Below, piece by piece: positions 10,749 to 22,859 of a stretch of DNA of 64,000 nt (position 1 is the first letter of the stretch; every line of letters begins with the position of its first letter). Below the pieces are notes generated by a model. That model worked only from the letters and a program-made list of their open reading frames with translations, was not told where the DNA came from and did not search any database. The DNA comes from Macrostomum lignano (lineage: Eukaryota), in contig NIVC01001554.1 in assembly GCA_002269645.1 (NCBI GenBank), forward strand, positions 124,001-188,000, given 5' to 3'. A program made the translations under genes and the position numbers.

Positions 10749-11159
10749 GTGCTCCGGCCATGCTCCATGCAGGTCAACAGGTGGTAAATTCCGTGCAATC
10801 TGTCCAGGTAAAACACCATACCTTGACATTAGAAGCTCAAAAGCAGCTGTGGAACTTCTAATTAAGATGGCGAGGTGCTAATTAGCCCACGAGAGATTAA
10901 GTTTCAGGTGAGCAAGTGTTTGTGAAGGGGTTTGGAACCAAAGCTAACAGACTGCGGGGACTCAAGCACAAAGCAGAGGAGAATAAATAATATTAGGCCT
11001 GTTGTTCACAGTTTAATTGCCATAGAGATCAACACTTGTCAATCATTTTTAATAATATTTTATTTTAGCCATCGTTCTGGTATGACCGGGTCCGGTGTTT
11101 ACACTGAGATTATGAGAGCTAAGATGCTGAAGTGTGTGTTCGATTCTACATGGATGTTT

Positions 11160-11349
11160 TCAGGGTATCTTCAGAGCGTCTTCAGGGTATCTTCAGAATA
11201 TCTTTAGGGTATTATCAAGGTATCTTCAGGGTATTCTCATGGTATTCTCAGGGTATTCTCAGGGTATCTTCAGGAAATCTTCAGGGCGTCTTCAGGGTAT
11301 CTTCAGGGCATATTCAGGACATCTTCAGGGTGTCTTTAGGGTATCTTTA
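11160..11349. repeat. ~11-bp degenerate minisatellite (CAGGGTATCTT)n
   Basis: Direct reading; lies just 3' of the lectin gene stop codon. Confidence 0.85.
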
Positions 11350-11388
11350 GTAGTGTCCGCAGCAGTTTGCAAATACCGCTCCAGCTGC

Positions 11389-11788
11389 TCAATCGAAGGG
11401 CGACACGCACATGAAGAGCGCCGCCGAGTACGGGTTCACTGGCACATCCACCAGCCCCTTGGAGGTGCCGCCGCCGGCGAAGTACACCCCGACAAAGTCT
11501 TCGCCAGCCCGATTGTCCGGATCGCCCGGCCAGAAGAAGCCGGGATTTACTGTCCGGTTGCAGCGGCTCCAGCGAAAGCCGCCGGCCGGCTCCGGACTGC
11601 CCGGCAGCTGGGCGCCGGACAGGAAAAATGATGAAGAATGGCGGACGCTGAGCGCCAGCACCCAGGACAGCTCGTCAGCTGTCAGGGCGTCGGCGAAGCC
11701 CGCGAGGCCGCCTGGCTCGACTTCGGCCATCGATTTGAAAGCCGTCCAGCTGTGCGCCCCGGTTGCCAGGCGGTAGCGAAGGCCGCAC
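11389..11788 (-). CDS. PAN/apple + C-type lectin protein, coding exon 2 (C-type lectin-like domain)
   Basis: Acceptor TTCTCAG|G at 11789/11788; phase 2 matches the upstream exon (AG+G = Arg). Reads CGLRYRLATGAHSW...FFLSGAQL...FRWS...FWPGDPDN..GEDF...LVD...FMC, a CTLD fold pattern. The joined CDS is 750 nt (249 aa). Confidence 0.8.
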
Positions 11789-12213
11789 CTGAGAAGCCAA
11801 TGCGGGGGCTTTTGACTTGTTGCTGGGACGGAGTAAATAACTTTCCAGCGTACTGTATGTACTTTGATAATAATAACATCTTTTTGAGCAGTTATGACGC
11901 AGGCATTAGGTATCTAATTATGCTACAATGTACCTGTACATGAAGACTACGAGTATATATAAAACAAATATTCAAAGAAGAGCCTTGGGCGACTTCATCC
12001 AATATTATGTACTGCAGAGGCAATTTTGAGCCAAGACTGTACGCAGGCACGCACTCATACACACGCTCACGAAGGGTGTACAGCTGCCCTGACTTTCTAA
12101 TGGTCAGGCATGTACGTGCCGTGTACCCCTTCCGTGCCTTCGGGGTTTGCCTTCATGTGTGTGAACTGCACGACAGTATTTCAGTAAGAATCCTTTATAC
12201 TAAATACTTTATA

Positions 12214-12767
12214 CTGAAGACCCGCACCCGAATGCCTGAAGACCCGCACCCGAATGCCTGAAGACCCGCACCCGAATGCCTGAAGACCCGCACCCGAATG
12301 CCTGAAGACCCGCACCCGAATGCCTGAAGACCCGTACCCGAACACTTGAAGACCCGTACCCGAACACCTGAAGAGCCGCACCCGAATGCCTGAAGACCCG
12401 TACCCGAATGCCTGAAGACCCGCACCAGAATACCTGAAGACTCGTACCCGAACACCTGAAGAGCCGCACCCGAACACCTGAAGAGCCGCACCCGAATGCC
12501 TGAAGACCCGTACCCGAACACCTGAAGACCCGCACCCGAACACCTGAAGACCCACACCCGAATGCCTGAAGACCCGCACCCGAACACCTGAAGACCCGCA
12601 CCCGAATGCCTGAAGACCCGCACCCGAATGCCTGAAGACCCGTATCCGAGTGCCTGAAGTCCCGCACCCGAATGCCTGACCACCCGCACCCGAATGCCTG
12701 ACCACCCGCACCCGAATGCCTGAAGTCCCGCACCCGAATGCCTGACGACCCGCACCCGAATACCTGA
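12214..12767. repeat. 22-bp intronic minisatellite (CTGAAGACCCGCACCCGAATGC)n
   Basis: Direct reading, about 25 units, inside the lectin gene intron. Confidence 0.95.
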
Positions 12768-12780
12768 ACGCAGTCCTCAC

Positions 12781-13130
12781 CTGGCGTCACCGTAAGCATC
12801 CGGACAGAGTCGGCCAGCCGTCAGTCCCGGCCGGCGCCGCACGAAAACGTCGCCGGTGCGGTTGCAGACGCCGCAGTCGGCCAGCGGCCTGCTGCACATG
12901 TCGAAGACGAACAGTCGGCAGATGCCGCGGCCATCCGGCAGCTCGAAGGCCTGACAGTCAGGCAGCCCCGAGCACTCGAACGCGCAGGCCAGGGGAGTCC
13001 CGATCGGGTTGGCCAGCTCGACTACGAACTCCCCGCGGATGCACAACGAGCCCCGGACCAGGTGGAAGTCGGCTGCCCGGCTGGCATCAAGGTGGAGCAG
13101 CAACAGCAGAGTCAGCAGAGTCAGCGACAT
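12781..13130 (-). CDS. PAN/apple + C-type lectin protein, coding exon 1 (signal peptide and PAN/apple-like domain)
   Basis: MSLTLLTLLLLLHLDASRA signal peptide; CAFECSGLPDCQAFEL....CRLF PAN-type cysteine spacing; donor CAG|GTGAGG at 12781/12780. Confidence 0.8.
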
Positions 13131-13229
13131 CGACGGCTTCAGGGTGGGGAGCTTCCTTTTTGCTGGGCACGGAACTTGCAAAATGGTGATGGGCTGAAAA
13201 ACAGTCGGCTCGATTCATTGAACAACAAG

Positions 13230-14637
13230 TTTCATGAACAAAAGTGGGATTTCATGAACAGAAGTGGGATTTCATGAACAAAAGTGCGATTTCATGAACA
13301 GAAGTGCGATTTCATGAACAGAAGTGGGATTTCATGAACAAAAGTGCGATTTCATGAGCAGGAGTGGGATTTCATGAACAAAAGTGCGATTTCATGAACA
13401 GAAGTGGGATTTCATGAACAGAAGTGAGATTTCATGAACAAAAGTGGGATTTCATGAACAAAAGTGCGATTTCATGAACAGAAGTGGGATTTCATGAACA
13501 GGAGTGGGATTTCATGAACAGAAGTGGGATTTCATGAACAGAAGTGGGATTTCATGAACAAAAGTGGGATTTCATGAACAAAAAAGGGATTTCATGAACA
13601 AAAGTGGGACTTTATGAACAGGATTGGGATTTTATGAACAGGAGCGAGATTTTATGAGCAGGAGTTGGATTTTATGTACAAGAATGGGATTTCATGAACA
13701 GATTTCATGAGCAGGAGTGGGATTTCATGAACAGGAGTGGGATTTCATGAACAGAAGTGGGATTTCATGAACAGAAGTGGGATTTCATGAACAAAAGCGG
13801 GATTTCATGAACAAAAAAGGGATTTCATGAACAAAAGTGGGACTTTATGAACAGGATTGGGATTTTATGAACAGGAGCGAGATTTTATGAACAGGAGTGG
13901 GATTTTATGTACAAGAATGGGATTTCATGAACAGATTTCATGAGCAGGAGTGGGATTTCATGAACAGGAGTGGGATTTCATGAACAGGAGTGAGATTTCA
14001 TGAGCAGGAGTGGGATTTCATAACAGGAGTGGGATTTCATAACAGGAGTGGAATTTCATGAACAGGAGTGGAATTTCATGAACAGGAGTGGGATTTTATG
14101 AACAGGAGTGGGATTTCATAACAGAAGTGGGATTTCATGAACAGAAGTGGGATTTCATGAACAGAAGAGGGATTTCATGAACAGAAGTGGGATTTCATGA
14201 ACAGAAGTGGGATTTCATGAACAGGAGTGGGACTTTATGAACAGGATTGGGATTTTATGAACAGGAGTGAGATTTTATGAGCAGGAGTGGGATTTTATGT
14301 ACAAGAATGGGATTTCATGAACAGAAGTGGGATTTCATGAACAGAAGTGGGATTTCATGAACAGGAGTGGGACTTTATGAACAGGATTGGGATTTTATGA
14401 ACAGGAGTGAGATTTTATGAGCAGGAGTGGGATTTTATGTACAAGAATGGGATTTCATGAACAGATTTCATGAGCAGGAGTGGGATTTCATGAACAGGAG
14501 TGGGATTTCATGAACAGGAGTGGGATTTTATAAAGAGGAGTGGGATTTTATGAACTTAGTGGGTTTTTTTTGAACAGGAGTGGGATTTTATGAACAGGAG
14601 TGTGATTTTATGAACAGGAGTGGGATTTTATGAACAA
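13230..14637. repeat. 20-bp minisatellite (GTGGGATTTCATGAACAGAA)n
   Basis: Direct reading, about 70 units. Confidence 0.95.
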
Positions 14638-14941
14638 GAGCTGACTGAACATAATAATGGCAAAGTACTATATAAGGATGTTCACAAAAGATACTCACCC
14701 AGCCTTTCTAAAAAACAGATTCAATTACTCTTCTGTTGATGCGGAAGCCGCCAGTTAAACGTTTATATGCTTCCATGTTGCTATAGCAACCAGAGCCTGC
14801 GTCTTTTGCATGCAGACTACATTGTTGTCCGAGTGTTGGTGCACGCCGATTGGCTCTGGCCTCCTTGGGCCAACAGAATTCAAGAAGAGCAGAAAGTATT
14901 GCTCTGCATGTACATGTAGCTCTAAGGATATTGAAGTGCGC

Positions 14942-15552
14942 ATCCCACAGGGTATCCCACAGGGTATCCCACAGGGTATCCCACAGGGTATCCCACAGGG
15001 TATCCCACAGGGTATCCCACAGGGTATCCCACAGGGTATCCCACAGGGTATCCCACAGGGTATCCCACAGGGTATCCCACAGGGTATCCCACAGGGTATC
15101 CCACAGGGTATCCCACAGGGTATCCCACAGGGTATCCCACAGGGTATCCCACAGGGTATCCCACAGGGTATCCCACAGGGTATCCCACAAAGTATCCCAC
15201 AGGGTATCCCACAGGGTATCCCACAGGGTATCCCACAGGGTATCCCACAGGGTATCCCAAAGGGTATCCCACAAAGTATCCCACAGCGTATCCCACAGGG
15301 TATCCCACAGGGTATCCCACAGGGTATCCCACAAAGTATCCCACAGGGTATCCCACAGGGTATCCCACAGGGTATCCCACAGGGTATCCCACAGGGTATC
15401 CCACAGGGTATCCCACAGGGTATCCCACAGGGTATCCCACAGGGTATCCCACAGGGTATCCCACAGGGTATCCCACAGGGTATCCCACAGGGTATCCCAC
15501 AGGGTATCCCACAGGGTATCCCACAGGGTATCCCACAGGGTATCACATAGGG
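14942..15552. repeat. 12-bp minisatellite (ATCCCACAGGGT)n
   Basis: Direct reading, about 50 near-perfect units. Confidence 0.95.
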
Positions 15553-15556
15553 TTTA

Positions 15557-15946
15557 CAGCACCTACTCAAACACTGTCAGCATCTACTCAAACTTTGTCA
15601 GCATTTACACAAAAACTGTCAGCATCTACTCAAACACTGTCAGCATCAACTCAAACACTGTCAGCATCTACTCAAACACTGTCAGCATCTACTCAAACAT
15701 TGTCAGCATCTACTCAAACATTGTCAGCATCTACTCAAACATTGTCAGCATCTACTCAAACATTGTCAGCATCTACTCAAACACTGTCAGCATCTACTCA
15801 AACATTGTCAGCATCTACTCAAACACTGTCAGCATCTACTCAAACATTGTCAGCATCTACTCAAACATTGTCAGCATCTACTCAAACATTGTCAGCATCT
15901 ACACAAAAACTGTCAGCATCTACTCAAACACTGTCAGCATCTACTC
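15557..15946. repeat. 21-bp minisatellite (GTCAGCATCTACTCAAACAYT)n
   Basis: Direct reading, abutting the 12-bp array. Confidence 0.95.
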
Positions 15947-16677
15947 TAATACTACTCATTAATCTGAACAGACAAATAAGTTGAAAAACTACCATAAAGT
16001 ACGAATTGTAATTGATTAAAACAAAATTAGCTGATAAATTTTCCATAGCACATTTACATAGTCGTGTTTATTAAAAGCAATATTGGCCCACAAAAAGCAA
16101 CAAAAAAGATTAACAATTCAACAACATCAAAAGGAAATATTTACCAAGTTTATGCAAAGCAATGGTGCATTTTAAGCAAAATCGATTCTCAAAAACACTG
16201 TACTGGATAAGAAAATCATAAATATAAGATGAAGCATTGTCTGTTTTCTTGAGGTCCTTCATTGTGTTCTCAATGTGCCTATTCAGGCATATCAAAAAAA
16301 TATTCAAGATAAAATTGCTTATAGAAGAGAGCAAGGATAGCACAGCTATGTACATATTGTGTACTTCAAGAAGCGTCCGCATCAAGGAACCTGGATAATA
16401 GTAATCAGAAATTCCGATTCAAAAAGTCAATATAAATACAGTTGTACATGTACATCGAAATGATAGTTTTGTATAATTTAGCATGTGGTGCAAAAGAAAA
16501 AGCAAATCAACATTCGAGCGTATCTACAAAAAATTTTAAAAAAGGACAAATCAAAAAATTTTTTCGAAACTAAACAAAATATGTGCTATTCTCTTTCGCA
16601 TAGTGCTACTTACAACCAGTCATGTAGTAGCGTATACTGCGCATACGCGTCTCTTTTTTGTTAAAAATGAGTTTGAT

Positions 16678-16791
16678 TTAGTTGAAGAATGAGCGCAGCA
16701 GGCGGTAGGCGGCGAGGCCCAGCAGCGAGGCGGCGGCTCCGGCGGCCAAGCGGCGAATCAGGCGGGGCGGATCGCGGCTGAGGGCGGCCAG
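16678..16791 (-). CDS. Bcl-2 family protein, exon 4 (C-terminal tail-anchor)
   Basis: Acceptor CCTCCGCAG|CTG, phase 0, matching the exon-3 donor. LAALSRDPPRLIRRLAAGAAASLLGLAAYRLLRSFFN* is a hydrophobic anchor flanked by basic residues. Minus-strand AATAAA at 16067-16072. Confidence 0.75.
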   Translation of the reverse strand: MAALSRDPPRLIRRLAAGAAASLLGLAAYRLLRSFFN

Positions 16792-16890
16792 CTGCGGAGG
16801 GGGGGGGGTAAATGGGGGAGAGTGAGGCTTGCATTGATCAGAGGAGTAGCTGATGAGAACTGTGCGCCATATCTTGGATTTGTATGATGC

Positions 16891-18603
16891 TCTACTCCAT
16901 TCAATTCGAGTTCTACTCCATTCAATTCGAGTTCTACTCCATTCAATTCGAGTTCTACTCCATTCTATTCCAGTTCTACTCCATTCTATTTCAGTTCTAC
17001 TCGATTCTATTCCAGTTCTACTCCATTCTATTCCAGTTCTACTCCATTCTATTCCAGTTCTACTCCATTCCATTCCAGTTCTACTACATTCCATTCCAGT
17101 TCTACTCCATTCCATTCCAGTTCTACTCCATTCTATTCCAGTTCTACTCCATTCTATTCCAGTTCTACTCGATTCTAATCCAGTTCTACTCCATTCTATT
17201 CCAGTTCTACTCCATTCCATTCCAGTTCTACTCCATTCTATTCCAGTTCTATTCCATTCCATTCCATTCCAGTTCTATTCCATTCTATTCCAGTTCTACT
17301 CGATTCTATTTCAGTTCTACTCGATTCTATTCCAGTTCTATTCCATTCTATTTCAGTTCTACTCCATTCTATTCCAGTTCTACTCGATTCTATTCCAGTT
17401 CTAATCGATTCTATTTCAGTTCTACTCCATTCTATTCCAGTTCTTCTCGATTCTATTCCAGTTCTATTCCATTCTATTTCAGTTCTACTCCATTCTATTC
17501 CAGTTCTACTCGATTCTAATCCAGTTCTACTCCATTCTATTCCAGTTCTACTCGATTCTATTCCAGTTCTACTCGATTCTAATCCAGTTCTATTCCATTC
17601 CATTCCAGTTCTATTCCATTCTATTCCAGTTCTACTCCATTCTATTCCAGTTCTACTCGATTCTATTTCAGTTCTACTCCATTCTATTCCAGTTCTACTC
17701 CATTCTATTCCAGTTCTACTCGATTCTACTCCAGTTCTATTCGATTCTATTCCAGTTCTAATCGATTCTATTTCAGTTCTACTCCATTCTACGAGTATTC
17801 CAGTTCTATTCGATTCTATTCCAGTTCTACTCCATTCTATTCCAGTTCTACTCCATTCTATTCTAGTTCTACTCCATTCTATTCCACTTCTACTCCATTC
17901 TATTTCAGTTCTACTCGATTCTATTCCAGTTCTACTCCATACTATTCCAGTTCTATTCCAGTTCTACTCCAGTTCTATTCGATTCTATTCCAGTTCTAAT
18001 CGATTCTATTTCAGTTCTACTCCATTCTATTCCAGTTCTACTCGATTCTACTCCAGTTCTATTCGATTCTATTCCAGTTCTAATCGATTCTATTCCAGTT
18101 CTACTCGATTCTATTCCAGTTCTACTCCATTCTATTCCAGTTCTACTCCATTGTATTCCAGTTCTACTACATTCTATTCCAGTTCTATTCGATTCTATTC
18201 CAGTTCTACTCGATTCTATTTCAATTCTACTCCATTCTATTCCAGTTCTATTCGATTCTATTCCAGTTCTACTCGATTCTATTCCAGTTCTACTCCATTC
18301 TATTCTAGTTCTACTCCATTCTATTCCACTTCTACTCCATTCTATTTCAGTTCTACTCGATTCTATTCCAGTTCTACTCCATACTATTCCAGTTCTACTC
18401 GGTTCTACTCCAGTTCTATTCCATTCCATTCCAGTTCTACTCCATACTATTCCAGTTCTACTCGATTTTATTCTATTCTATTCTAGTTCTACTCCTGTTC
18501 TACTCTATTTTATCTCAGTTCTTCTTCATTTCATTTCATTTCATTTCAGTTCTACTCCGATTCTATTTCAATTCTATTTCAGGTCAACTCCATTCTATTC
18601 CAG
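16891..18603. repeat. 21-bp minisatellite (TTCTACTCCATTCTATTCCAG)n
   Basis: Direct reading, about 80 units, intronic. Confidence 0.95.
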
Positions 18604-19916
18604 TCCAGAGCAGCCGAGACACGCGAAGCAAAAGTGAGGTGTGCCTGACGACCCTTGAAGGAGTTGGGAGTCTGGGAATCGGTGGGACAATAATCCCACT
18701 GGACTCGCTAATCCCCCGCCTAGACTCCGTCTCCGCCTATCCGACTGCGGCATCTGCCGGTTCCCAACTAGAAAAGGGGGAAGTCAAGCGGATGCTTTGA
18801 GCATCGCACAGAAATCCCCAGGCAGCCAATCCCTGGGTTTTTTAAGCCGCAAGAAAAATACCTTCAAATGGGAGGCTTTGGGATTCCAACCGAAACTCAA
18901 CAGCTATCTACCAGAAAGGATTTTTCTTCCCATTCTCCCCTATTGACCACGTGTCGCCCGGGAAACTAGAAAGAATTCTATTATAGGCGATAATTTGCTT
19001 CTAAAAGCAGAAGACAATAGTAGGCCTCTAAAGAAAGACAGATTAGAATCAAAGGAAAACATTGTTAATGAGAGCGGCGCCTGGTCTGAACACGCGCTGA
19101 GGTCCTTAATTAGGTTATCAATGAGTTTTTTAGCAGGATGACTGACTGACTGACTTAGATAATCCCCATCGACACCACACTGCTAGCCGTGCACCGAAAG
19201 AAATCTTCCCATCAGTAGATGCTATAAGAATCTCAAACAGAACAGATTAACAAAGAGTGCCCACTTCAACAGTGGGATTACGAGCTTGGCACACGCGAGC
19301 ACACAGGGCTGAGGCCTCCTCCTCCCAGTTGGAGTATTTGGCTGTTAATTGCCGACTTAACAAGTAAGCGACAGAGAGAGAGAAGAGAGGAAGACAGACA
19401 GAATGGGGAAAAGTGAAAATGACGTTTGCGGGAGTTAAGCAATTGACCTCCATCCCCGGCCCTATTGAGCGAGCCAGCGAGTTCGAGTGCAGCTATGGCG
19501 CAACGCCTTCCATGGGAGAGTTTGTTTAAAGCTGACAAACAGCCAGGAAGGGTTGGTGACGCAATCTCAGCTGGATAGACGGGAACTGAGGTGACGCGCT
19601 CAGAGTTTTCACATCCGGAGTGCCCGTGTGACGCAACGCAACAAGGGAGGGCAGGCGAATTGTCGTTAAACAGGTAGGGGTGTTGCACACGCGACGGTGG
19701 AAGACTCTCCAGGGAGAAGCTGGCTGACCAGGCAGTGTGAGACAACAGGATGACTTGTGGCCAGCGCTCCTGTGTCACCTGCTGTCTTCATGGCACTTCA
19801 ATGCTATTGTGTGCCAATGTCTAGTACTCGTATGGCCTTTCACTGCCGCTGGGCTTTGTCTGCGGCATGCGGCTTGTGCCACTTTCATCTATTGACCACA
19901 GTGCCACTCTCTTCCA

Positions 19917-21230
19917 CTCTCCTCTCACTTCCCTGCCCTGACTCTCCTCTCTCTTCCCTGCCCTGACTCTCCTCTTTCTTCCTTGCCCTGACTCTCCTCT
20001 CTCTTCCCTGCCCTGACTCTTCTCTTTCTTCCTTGCCCTGACTCTCCTCTCTCTTCCCTGCCCTGACTCTCCTCTCACTTCCCTGCCCTGACTCTCCTCT
20101 CTCTTCCCTGCCCTGACTCTCCTCTCACTTCCCTGCCCTGACTCTCCTCTCACTTCCCTGCCCTGACTCTCCTCTCACTTGCCTGCCCTGACTCTCCTCT
20201 CACTTCCCTGCCCTGACTCTCCTCTCACTTCCCTGCCCTGACTCTCCTCTCACTTCCCTGCCCTGACTCTCCTCTCACTTCCCTGCCCTGACTCTCCTCT
20301 CTCTTCCCTGCCCTGACTCTCCTCTCACTTCCCTGCCCTGATTCTTCTCTTTCTTCCCTGCCCTGACTCTCCTCTCACTTCCCTGCCCTGACTCTCCTCT
20401 CTCTTCCCTGCCCTGACTCTCCTCTCACTTCCCTGCCCTGACTCTCCTCTCTCTTCCCTGCCCTGACTCTCGTCTCACTTCCCTGCCCTGATTCTTCTCT
20501 TTCTTCCCTGCCCTGACTCTCCTCTCACTTCCCTGCCCTGACTCTCCTCTCACTTCCCTGCCCTGACTCTCCTCTCACTTCCCTGCCCTGACTCTCCTCT
20601 CACTTCCCTGCCCTGACTCTCCTCTCTCTTCCCTGCCCTGACTCTCGTCTCACTTCCCTGCCCTGATTCTTCTCTTTCTTCCCTGCCCTGACTCTCCTCT
20701 CACTTCCCTGCCCTGACTCTCCTCTCTCTTCCCTGCCCTGACTCTCCTCTCTCTTCCCTGCCCTGACTCTCCTCTCTCTTCCCTGCCCTGACTCTCCTCT
20801 CTCTTCCCTGCCCTGACTCTCCTCTCTCTTCCCTGCCCTGACTCTCCTCTCTCTTCCCTGCCCTGACTCTCCTCTCTCTTCCCTGCCCTGACTCTCCTCT
20901 CACTTCCCTGCCCTGATTCTTCTCTTTCTTCCCTGCCCTGACTCTCCTCTCACTTCCCTGCCCTGACTCTCCTCTCACTTCCCTGCCCTGACTCTCCTCT
21001 CACTTCCCTGCCCTGACTCTCCTCTCTCTTCCCTGCCCTGACTCTCCTCTCACTTCCCTGCCCTGACTCTCCTCTGCAGACTCTCTCTACTCTCTGCAGA
21101 CTCTTTCTACTCTCTGCAGACTCTTTCTACTCTCTGCAGACTCTCTCTACTCTCTGCAGACTCTCTCTACTCTCTGCTGACTCTCTCTACTCTCTGCAGA
21201 CTTTCTCTACTCTCTGCAGACTCTCTCTCT
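19917..21230. repeat. 25-bp minisatellite (CCCTGCCCTGACTCTCCTCTCACTT)n followed by 20-bp (CTCTGCAGACTCTCTCTACT)n
   Basis: Direct reading; the unit switches at about 21074. Confidence 0.95.
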
Positions 21231-22776
21231 CCCTTCAATATTCTTTTAACTTGCAGAAGATTGAAACATTTTTAAACCTGTTTGTTTGTGTCCCTGTTAT
21301 ATGTTTATATTTCCAAGGGGTTTTTCTTTACAGATTGGATGATCGTTAAATATAATCCATTGAGATATGCCGAAAAAGCACTCACTTACTCGTAAATCTC
21401 ATCATAAACAGCCTCGGAAAACCTACGCACAGATTGGCAAAAATAATTTCTACTGACGATACAAAATTGTTTCGAAACAGATTGCCGCAATTGTTGAAGC
21501 AACACCGCGACTGCGCTGCAATCTGTGATTTATTGATAACGGCTTCGATTGTCGAGAGGTTAGGCGGGAGGATGTACACAAATAGTCGATGGGTCCGCCA
21601 TCACCCGCCCCCCATTGTTAGAGACAGGAGCGGCAGCGGCGGCAGCAGCCGGGGTCAGAAAATGCCCGACCAGATTGGGAGAAACTCAATCCCGGGGGCA
21701 CACAGCCATCATAGCGCCCGCCAAGAATTAGGGGCTGGGGGGCTCAGGGGATTCGATTTCAACCAGTCCCGACACTGTGGGAGGCCTTCAATAAAAATAT
21801 CTCCCATTGCTACTCAAAGAGCGCAGCGGGCGGGCGAGCTTTGACTAAAAAAATCACCCCCCCCCCGATGAAGCAGCAGGAGTAGGGAATCAGTTGGGGG
21901 GGGGAGAATGAGTGAGGGGATATTTTCCTCTCCGCGTGCGAGCAGTCACGTCTCCCCTTTTTTGCGGTCCGGTTCGCAGGCACCCTGCAATTTTCCTGGC
22001 CGAGAAGAAATCCTCAGGCTTTAACTTTCTTCCCCATCAGAATCTGGAGTTGCTGTCGTTTCCGCTCTGTTTGCCATTCTGTCTCCCCCCCCCCTAACTG
22101 CATCCGAGAGATCCCATGGGAGGCGCTGCCCGACACAGCACAGCCTGTTGTGTGCGAGAGTAGATATTGGCGGTTAATTTCTCTCTCTTTTTGCCTTGTG
22201 CCCAGCTTCCCAAGTCTCTTCATCCCCTCCCTCCTCAGCCAGCTCAGCTCTTAGGCAGGCGGGGCAGAAGATTGAATTGAATAGAAAGAGAGATGGAGGA
22301 TTTAAGCAATGCGGGGCTGGCCAGGGGAAGGGGTTAGAGATGATGATGCTGTCTGGCCCGTGTGGAGCCTGGGTCTGCGGTGTCACGCAAGGACCCGGAG
22401 AAGCTATAGGGGGGGATGACAGGCATGTGAGAGAGTGAGCAGTGCTCAAACACACACATTATGCCAATATAATCTTCTACACTTAGTTGCGCCTTCCTCC
22501 TCTTTGGTTTTCAGTTTTCCTTCTTCCTTCATCTTTCTCCGTGTCGACTTTTTTTTCTCATCCCCCCCGACCCTCCATGCCCCAGAGATTTTCCTGTCCC
22601 GGCAGAAGCGAAATTATTTTTACAAAAAAGCACGCTGCTCCGCTAATCCCATCATCTCGGGGACTCGAGTGGCCGGAGCCGCAGACAGATATTTCCCCAC
22701 ATTGAGGGGGAAAGAGATGTGGCAGTTCGCGTTTGATAGAGGCAAAGTGGAAATGAGGATGAATTAGGAGTGAATG

Positions 22777-22782
<6 letters not shown>

Positions 22783-22857
<75 letters not shown>
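22783..22857. repeat. (CT)n microsatellite
   Basis: About 37 perfect dinucleotide units. Confidence 0.98.

Positions 22858-22859
<2 letters not shown>

Noticed and set aside
19278-19778. 166-aa minus ORF in Bcl-2 intron 3
   Set aside because: No recognisable domain, non-ATG start, and no phase-compatible splice sites identified.
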